From contig JAISKV010000002.1 of NCBI GenBank assembly GCA_031260805.1, positions 8,333 to 40,332 of the forward strand: a DNA stretch of 32,000 nucleotides, written 5' to 3'. Within the stretch, counting starts at the first letter, position 1, and each line of letters begins with the position of its first letter. Origin of the DNA: Rickettsiales bacterium (GTDB lineage Bacteria > Pseudomonadota > Alphaproteobacteria > Rs-D84). Under the pieces are notes generated by a model. The model made no database searches. It was not told where the DNA came from and worked only from the letters and a program-made list of their open reading frames with translations. Of this stretch, positions 26,221 through 32,000 are shown in pieces. A program made the translations under genes and the position numbers.

Positions 26221-26379
26221 CCGTCGTCACCCCGGGCCCTGACCCGGGGTCCATGGCTCAATGGATTCCGGGTTTCGCTTCGCTCCCCCGGAATGACGAT
26301 AGAGTTATGTTCTTTTATCCACTACCCCAAACTCCTTATAAATAATTGCTATTCTTATACAAAGTGCTACGATTTTACT

Positions 26380-27537
26380 ATGACATTGCAGAACATATAT
26401 GACGATATTCATGACGAAGCACAAGATCGGCTGGACTATCATGATTATAACAATGGGTTTTATTATGACAATCCCGTAAAAAATGAAAAACTGGTTCACG
26501 GGATTTCTTTTCCAAAAAACAACATAAACACGCTGCCAGAACTGTTTACAGAATGGTTCCTTCTTGATTCTTCATCGGCCAAGACTGTGGATGGCTTTCT
26601 GGCCGCCGAACAACTGGACAGCATACTGTCTGTTGACGATTTTTATGCATTGCTTGGCGGCAATGCGGTCATTGACGATTTGATTTGCCAGTTTGTGTCT
26701 CAAATTCTTCCATTTACAACGGCGCAACTGCATTATATGCGCGCCAAGGTTCTTTATCGCGCTCCGCATGCGATGGAAATACGCGGCAACCCGGATATAA
26801 TACTGCCGCGCATCAAGGGCGCGGTCAAAGAACGCCGGCAATTGAAGCAAGAACGCCGCGCGCAATACATCCAAAAATACAACGACACGCCGCATGCCCG
26901 CGAGAATCGCAAAATATACTATATTGAAAACCGTCAGAAAATCCTGGCCCGCGTAAAAAAATACAGAACGCAAAATCGCGAAACCGTAATCCTGGCGCAA
27001 AAAAACTGGTATGAACGCAACAAAAATAAGATATCCAAGGCTGGCAAAGATTTCCGCCGCGATCATCCGGATCTGGTTCGCGAGCGGCGCAAGAAAATGC
27101 CTTCGGCCGCACCTGAAATAGTGGCGAAATATAATAAAGACTATCGCGCGCGGAACAAAACAAAACTGTCGCTGAAAAAAAAAGCAAAATACCTGGCAAA
27201 CCGCGACGATATTCGTGCGGCGATGAAAGAAAAGCGCATCTTGGACAAGACACAAAATCCTGAAAAGTTAGCGATGCAATCTGACCGGGAAAAACAGTGG
27301 CGCGCCGTGCATCGCGCTGAACAACAAACATACCATCAATTATATAACATAGAGAACAGTGCCGCGCGCGCCGACACAAAAAAGAAATGCTATCAGGCGA
27401 ACAAAGCCGCGTATAACGCGAATAATTCGCTGAATTATCTGCTGCGCACGCTGGAACCGCTGGCCGCTGCCATAAATTCCGGGGGGGGGGCGCGCCATGG
27501 TTGCGGATCGCGTGCGCGCGCTGGCGCAGAAACTTGA
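26380..27537 (+). CDS. Lys/Arg-rich protein with repeated K-x-Y-x3-N-[KR]-x-K-[IL] modules; function unknown
   Basis: The start is taken at MTLQNIYDD, because the upstream part of the track ORF translates repeat DNA. There are at least 6 modules, including RKIYYIENRQKIL, KKYRTQNRETVIL and QKNWYERNKNKIS. The ORF ends 47 nt after a G10 tract. Confidence 0.6.
   Translation: MTLQNIYDDIHDEAQDRLDYHDYNNGFYYDNPVKNEKLVHGISFPKNNINTLPELFTEWFLLDSSSAKTVDGFLAAEQLDSILSVDDFYALLGGNAVIDDLICQFVSQILPFTTAQLHYMRAKVLYRAPHAMEIRGNPDIILPRIKGAVKERRQLKQERRAQYIQKYNDTPHARENRKIYYIENRQKILARVKKYRTQNRETVILAQKNWYERNKNKISKAGKDFRRDHPDLVRERRKKMPSAAPEIVAKYNKDYRARNKTKLSLKKKAKYLANRDDIRAAMKEKRILDKTQNPEKLAMQSDREKQWRAVHRAEQQTYHQLYNIENSAARADTKKKCYQANKAAYNANNSLNYLLRTLEPLAAAINSGGGARHGCGSRARAGAET
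27481..27490. repeat. G10 homopolymer at a frame junction
   Basis: Ten consecutive G. The upstream ORF frame stops at 27537, while the +1 frame stays open to 27652. Confidence 0.95.
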
Positions 27538-27652
27538 CGAATACGCCGACAAATACGCGGATGTTAAAACCACGGTTGTGGCAGAAAAGTTCCAGACTGC
27601 GCGCAGCGCGGTCGCCGGCCTGATGTCCGCGATTCTTGTTCGCAGCCAATAA
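27497..27652 (+). CDS. 51-codon ORF in the alternative frame after the G10 tract, either a separate small gene or a phase-variable C-terminal extension
   Basis: MVADRVRALAQKLDEYADKYADVKTTVVAEKFQTARSAVAGLMSAILVRSQ has protein-like amphipathic composition. It ends 9 nt before the convergent gene. Confidence 0.35.
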   Translation: MVADRVRALAQKLDEYADKYADVKTTVVAEKFQTARSAVAGLMSAILVRSQ

Positions 27653-27661
27653 CGGATGCGA

Positions 27662-28504
27662 TTACCAGCGGCGGTGCTGCCACAGCCATTGCGAAGGATC
27701 GCGGCGGATTATGCGCTCAATAACATCATTGATATACTGCATATTCCGCTTGTCCGTGTCCGCGGGCATTATCAATTCTTCTGCGACCAGTTCATGCCGG
27801 ATCCCTCCGATTCTCCGGTCGTACATCATCAGTATCGGGCATCCGAATTTATCCGCCAACTTTAACGCGCCGATCGGGGTTTTGGCCGGCCGGCCGAAAA
27901 AGTTCGCGATGACCCCGTTGTATTTAAGGTCCGCGGCGACCGCCATTTTCTCGTTATTCAGGAAAGCGCCCATCATTGCCCGCGAATCAGACGCCGCGAT
28001 AAAATGGCTGTTTCGCGCCGCCGTTCCGAATATGCGGCGCAGCAATTTGTCCGACAGCGGATTGTGCGGCTGTTTGTAAACAATATTAAACCTGGCGTTA
28101 TTGCAGAAAGGCAGCGTGTACAGCCCCATCAGGCCATAATGCATGTGGCACACCAGCAGCCTGTCAAACGAATTTGCGCGGTCAAATAATTCCTGATTTT
28201 TTATCAACACCAGTTTCCCGATGTTGCGCGCGTACTTTTTCAGATGCAGGCTCTCTATCTCGGCCCGGCCCCAGTTGTTCCACAGCCGTTTATAGAATTC
28301 AGGAGTATCGCATTCCGGGATCGCCGCGCGGATATTATCTGCGGTTATTTTCTGCCGCTTTTTCAAGACCAGTCGCCCCAGTTCGCCCAGTTTCCCGCCA
28401 ATTGCAGACGCCACGCGCAGCGGCATCATGCCGAACAGCCCCATATACAGTTGGATTCCCAGCCATTCCAGCGGGTATTGAATATTTTTTTTTATTTTTG
28501 CCAT
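27662..28504 (-). CDS. Lipid A biosynthesis (Kdo2-lipid IVA) acyltransferase, LpxL/HtrB family
   Basis: An N-terminal membrane helix with YPLEWLGIQLY, a central CHMHYGLMG (HX4-type acyltransferase box) and a C-terminal PSQWLWQHRRW match this family. Confidence 0.75.
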   Translation of the reverse strand: MAKIKKNIQYPLEWLGIQLYMGLFGMMPLRVASAIGGKLGELGRLVLKKRQKITADNIRAAIPECDTPEFYKRLWNNWGRAEIESLHLKKYARNIGKLVLIKNQELFDRANSFDRLLVCHMHYGLMGLYTLPFCNNARFNIVYKQPHNPLSDKLLRRIFGTAARNSHFIAASDSRAMMGAFLNNEKMAVAADLKYNGVIANFFGRPAKTPIGALKLADKFGCPILMMYDRRIGGIRHELVAEELIMPADTDKRNMQYINDVIERIIRRDPSQWLWQHRRW

Positions 28505-30306
28505 TTGTGCCAGATCCGGTTTGTGTTTGTGTAATGTATAGCACCATTATCGTAAATTGTAAAGCCCCCGGATAAAATCCGGGCCGTGCATCCGGGATAA
28601 TTAATGCGCAGGTATGATACTATGAAATCCCGGTTCGCGCACCAATCGGCCAGGTTTTCGGCCAGCGGCATGAATTTCTGGGTGTAAACCAGATTTAATT
28701 CAGGCACCGCGCAGACGCCGCTTGAACACTTTAATTTTCCGTTTGCGGAAGACGGATTCTGAAAATTCGCCATCTTCCACGAATCAAACGCAAAGTAATG
28801 CCCGCTGGACTTTGTCATGTTGAATTGCAGATTTCCGTCATTTGCGCGGTATGCGATTAATTCATTGTCAATCGTTGAATAAAAAACAGGCCGCGGCGCG
28901 ACAAACGGCCCAACCAGCCCAACCCCCAGCCCAGCGCAAGATACAATGATTTTCACCTTTTTATTTTTAATCGCGACCAGCCCCAACAAAGCGATAATCA
29001 TAACGCAGAAACAAACCCGCGGCAGCAGCGGAAACTGGATAACCGCATGCGGCCACGCGGAAATGCCTTGCGCCAGACCCAGCAGCCAGTCATAAACCGC
29101 TGACGCCCACGCCGTCTGGCCCAGCATTATCAGCGGCATTATAGCAAATGAAAATACTGGCAGAAAAATCAGATTCCCAATCAACGAATAAATCGGAAAA
29201 ACATGAAAGTGCCAGATGATGAACGGCGCGGTGAACAGCGTGCAAATCAAACTGGTCTGGATTAAAATTTTTATCCAATGCCATGCCTTGTGCAGCACGG
29301 TTCTTTTCCGGTACTCAGATTTCCCGAAAAACCAAAGCATGCCGAAAATCGCCGCAAAGGATAGTTGGAATCCAGGCTCTACCACATAATGCGGATTGAC
29401 CAGCAGCAGCGCGCAGAATACCATGACTGCGCCGCGCATGTTCAGCAGGCTGCGCCCCAGGATAAACGCGGCGAACACCAATGCGGTCATCAGGAACGCC
29501 CGCTGCGTCGCGACATCGCCGCCGGACAGCACTAGATAAAACGCCAATCCGGCCAGGGCCAGAATCATTGCCGGATAACGCGCCGGCATCCTGCGCGTCA
29601 TGCGCGAAATGCTGCGGAACACGAAATACAGCACCGCGAACAGCCAGCCGCCGACCAGCGTCATATGAAATCCGCTGATTGAAAACACATGCGAAACGCC
29701 GACAGCCTTCCATGCCGCATTGTCAGATTCCGGCAGCGCGTTTTTATATCCCAAAACCAAGGTGTCAAACAATGGCGATTGAAACCGGTTATGCAAATAC
29801 TCGCGCAGGTTGATTTTTGCATTATTATTTGCGCCAGTTATTTCAGTTATAAATCCGGTGCCGGAAATTCCATGAAAGTACGCCCATTCGCTGAAATCAT
29901 ACCCGCCGGATAAATCGGGCAGATTTGGCGGAAACACCGTGCCGCGCGCGACAATTTCCGCGCCGATTGGCGGCGCGGATACTTCGCGGCCCAGCGTCAG
30001 GCGGAAATCATTTATGAAAATTCGCACCTTGTCCGCGGCGTAATCAATATTCTTCACAACGCCGGTTATTTCCGTATCGCGCATGACGCCGCGAATCCGG
30101 GGCATTCCGAAATTCTGAGACCATCCGCAGGCATAGCAGAATGAAAAGACAAAAATTAAAAGACCGGATATGAACTTTGCCTTGCGCCATGCAGTCGCAT
30201 TGAACAAAGCCAGCGCCGCGATTATGAAGGGATACGCCAAATGCGGCTCTACCGGCAGTATGAAATAAGCGGCGATTCCAATAGAAAAAGCGATTACAGC
30301 CAGCAT
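28492..30306 (-). CDS. comEC: ComEC/Rec2-family DNA internalisation channel, with no recognisable C-terminal metallo-beta-lactamase domain
   Basis: A DUF4131-like N-terminus (ITGVVKNIDY...GGYDFSEWAYFHGISGTGFI) is followed by the competence-domain motif VGVSHVFSISGFHMTLVGG. There is no HxHxDH motif. Confidence 0.85.
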   Translation of the reverse strand: MLAVIAFSIGIAAYFILPVEPHLAYPFIIAALALFNATAWRKAKFISGLLIFVFSFCYACGWSQNFGMPRIRGVMRDTEITGVVKNIDYAADKVRIFINDFRLTLGREVSAPPIGAEIVARGTVFPPNLPDLSGGYDFSEWAYFHGISGTGFITEITGANNNAKINLREYLHNRFQSPLFDTLVLGYKNALPESDNAAWKAVGVSHVFSISGFHMTLVGGWLFAVLYFVFRSISRMTRRMPARYPAMILALAGLAFYLVLSGGDVATQRAFLMTALVFAAFILGRSLLNMRGAVMVFCALLLVNPHYVVEPGFQLSFAAIFGMLWFFGKSEYRKRTVLHKAWHWIKILIQTSLICTLFTAPFIIWHFHVFPIYSLIGNLIFLPVFSFAIMPLIMLGQTAWASAVYDWLLGLAQGISAWPHAVIQFPLLPRVCFCVMIIALLGLVAIKNKKVKIIVSCAGLGVGLVGPFVAPRPVFYSTIDNELIAYRANDGNLQFNMTKSSGHYFAFDSWKMANFQNPSSANGKLKCSSGVCAVPELNLVYTQKFMPLAENLADWCANRDFIVSYLRINYPGCTARILSGGFTIYDNGAIHYTNTNRIWHKWQK

Positions 30307-30446
30307 GCAAGCATTCTAGTACAATAAATATTCTAAAAGAAACTAAAATTAATCCGCCTGCATTATCCCGTTAATTTCTTTCAACACGCTGTCTGACAAA
30401 ACAAGAATTAATACCACTAATCAGAGCAGTTGGAATTTCCGTTTTC

Positions 30447-30476
30447 AATGTATAGCATACTAGTATGCTATACATT
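30447..30476. promoter_or_regulatory. Perfect 30-bp palindrome, candidate operator copy 1
   Basis: Sequence aatgtatagcatact|agtatgctatacatt. It lies 21 nt downstream of the TrpR-like stop and 141 nt upstream of the comEC ATG. Confidence 0.6.
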
Positions 30477-30496
30477 ATCAGGCTATCCGATTTTAT

Positions 30497-30802
30497 TCAA
30501 TTCTGCTTTAGTTTCTTTATGTTTTTATTGAAATCCGCATGTGGATGCAAGCGCTGGATAACAGTCTTGTATCCATTATTCTTTTCTTCATATATTTTAT
30601 GCGAAACCCGCGTTATAGTCGCGCGGCCACAGTTAAAACGGGCGGCGATGCGCGGCTGGGATTCAGGCGTCAGCACCAGAGATTGCGCGATATTCCATCG
30701 TGCAGAAATCTCGCGAATTTCTGTTGGAGTTAAAATATCCCGCAAAAAATTGAAAAATTCCTTTTCGGACTTTATCGCCGAAAAAGCATGATATAGATTC
30801 AT
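30497..30802 (-). CDS. TrpR/YerC-family helix-turn-helix regulator
   Basis: FLRDILTPTEIREISARWNIAQSLV...SQPRIAARFNCGRATITRVS matches the Trp-repressor family signature. Confidence 0.75.
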   Translation of the reverse strand: MNLYHAFSAIKSEKEFFNFLRDILTPTEIREISARWNIAQSLVLTPESQPRIAARFNCGRATITRVSHKIYEEKNNGYKTVIQRLHPHADFNKNIKKLKQN

Positions 30803-30833
30803 AGCCCGCCCCCTGTGTTTAACAATGTTTCAT

Positions 30834-30861
30834 ATGTATAGCATACTAGTATGCTATACAT
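30834..30861. promoter_or_regulatory. Perfect 28-bp palindrome, candidate operator copy 2
   Basis: atgtatagcatactagtatgctatacat is identical to 30448-30475. It lies 32-59 nt upstream of the TrpR-like ATG. Confidence 0.65.
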
Positions 30862-30871
30862 TATTAGTCAA
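30843..30871 (-). promoter_or_regulatory. Candidate promoter of the TrpR-like gene
   Basis: The minus strand reads TTGACT, a 17-nt spacer, then TAGTAT. The -10 element and the spacer lie inside the palindrome. Confidence 0.5.
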
Positions 30872-30986
30872 TAAAAAAAGTTAACTCTTATGGTCAAAAG
30901 ATGGCCGAGAGTCAACAATAAAATAGCAGATTTATCGCAGATTTTTAGCCAGGCAATCATCTTCACTAATTTTGCCCGCGGCATGA

Positions 30987-32000
30987 TTATGGCGCACTGT
31001 ATGCATCAATGACCGCCATCCAAGAAAAACTCGTCCCGTCATAATGCAATACGCAATTACTGCACGCCCCGCTTGGCTTTGGAATATAAGCCCCCATCGC
31101 GCTATTAATCGCGCCATCCATAGTTTGCTTGTTTACAGCATCATGATCATTTATCGGATCTGCGACCGCCGTTATCGCGCGATATAATTCAAAATTTTCA
31201 TCACCAACAGCCACAGTGTTCGCCCGTATTGTCGCACTGCTGGCCCCCAAAGCGATAGAATTAGGATAAAATGCGTATGACTCGTTGCCAATAGCAATTG
31301 ATTTTGCAGAATTTTGCATTACGCCCGCGTTCGCACCCAGCGCCACCGAATAGACAGAACTCGCACTTGATCCGGAACCTATCGCGATACCATATGATGA
31401 ATTATTGACAACGGCATATTCACCAATCGCAACGCCTTCGGTTCCATTAGCCTGAGAATATCCGCCAACCGCGACACCACCACCCTTATCTACCCTGGCA
31501 TACGAACCGACGGCAACCCCAAAATCCCCACCACTGACAATGGAACCAGAGCCAATTGCAGTACCGGCTACAAAAAAATCCCCATTAACTGTGCCGCCTA
31601 TTTGGATATCAGCAGATGTTTCTGGTCCATTACCCATAAAATCTTGAACTCTGTAAATCAATTTAGTTGCAGCCAATTGAGTCATTGCACCGTCCGTATT
31701 GGCACCAATAGAATTATATAATTGACTGGTTGTCAGCAAATTACTCGGCTTGTCTGTCAAATCATTGTAAGAGCCGCTTGTCGCGACAGCCGCCAAAGAT
31801 TCTGTTATTGCCGCGACAGCGCCATCAACATACGATCTGGCCGCCAGATCGCCAACATCGGCTGATAATGAATTTATTTGCACAAAGCCAATCAAGATAT
31901 ATATAAAATATTGACAAAACTTAACTTTGTCGTGCGGGAGGGGGGGGGTAAAAATTCGGTTTCTACACTCATAGAAACATTTTATAAAAATACCCGGCAT
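30987..32000 (-). CDS. Secreted fibre/adhesin with a tail-fibre-like N-terminal motif and YadA-head (Hep_Hag-like) repeats; the 5' end is at or beyond the window edge
   Basis: LAARSYVDGAV...SGSYNDLTDKP is followed by repeats of the form GVAVGSYA / GVAIGEYA / YGIAIGSG / YSVALGAN / KSIAIGNE / NSIALGAS / NTVAVGD. A neck-like YRAITAVADPINDHDAVNKQTMD follows. A C9 tract covers codons 18-21. Confidence 0.7.
   Translation of the reverse strand: MPGIFIKCFYECRNRIFTPPLPHDKVKFCQYFIYILIGFVQINSLSADVGDLAARSYVDGAVAAITESLAAVATSGSYNDLTDKPSNLLTTSQLYNSIGANTDGAMTQLAATKLIYRVQDFMGNGPETSADIQIGGTVNGDFFVAGTAIGSGSIVSGGDFGVAVGSYARVDKGGGVAVGGYSQANGTEGVAIGEYAVVNNSSYGIAIGSGSSASSVYSVALGANAGVMQNSAKSIAIGNESYAFYPNSIALGASSATIRANTVAVGDENFELYRAITAVADPINDHDAVNKQTMDGAINSAMGAYIPKPSGACSNCVLHYDGTSFSWMAVIDAYSAP
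31940..31948. repeat. G9 (coding-strand C9) homopolymer in the 5' coding region of the YadA-head fibre gene
   Basis: Nine consecutive G lie between the only in-frame ATG and the signal-peptide-like segment. Confidence 0.95.

Noticed and set aside
26140-26379. An upstream 80 codons on the 26380 gene, and a separate 87-aa ORF at 26082-26345.
   Set aside because: They translate the rpsI terminator, a heptamer array and two GC hairpins. The first protein-like sequence starts at MTLQNIYDD.
26572-27649. Minus-strand ORFs of 227 aa and 274 aa overlapping the Lys/Arg-rich protein gene.
   Set aside because: Their Phe/Arg-rich sequence is the antisense translation of a Lys/Glu-rich gene. There is no start context, and they would collide with the convergent acyltransferase gene.

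Overview
This 32 kb window looks like a compact bacterial chromosome segment, probably alphaproteobacterial. That placement is an inference from an L13 with the [14 protein letters not shown] motif, an S9 with an Ala/Lys-rich N-terminal extension and a DUF4167-like protein. Confident housekeeping genes are mraY-ftsW-murG, rplU-rpmA-rpmH, der, rluD, mreB and rplM-rpsI, plus an LpxL-family acyltransferase and comEC. Between them sit envelope and surface genes. One is a minus-strand operon (15909-23383) led by three large paralogous proteins with type IV prepilin-like N-termini. Three are secreted proteins carrying phage tail-fibre or YadA-head motifs, and others are beta-barrel outer-membrane proteins, lipoproteins and a 22-Cys secreted protein. 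Three simple-sequence tracts, (AG)20, G10 and G9, lie in or next to surface or accessory genes. The most unusual feature is the intergenic DNA. Most spacers hold long hairpins whose arms are tandem 7-mer arrays. They include a four-copy, roughly 110 bp TAATAAC-armed element with a conserved 42 bp core, and they are often fused to near-identical bidirectional terminators. One of the 7-mer arrays also occurs in frame inside der. A TrpR-like regulator is flanked by two identical 28 bp ACTAGT-centred palindromes. No rRNA, tRNA or CRISPR array was recognised. All family calls are by-eye motif recognition; no searches were run.
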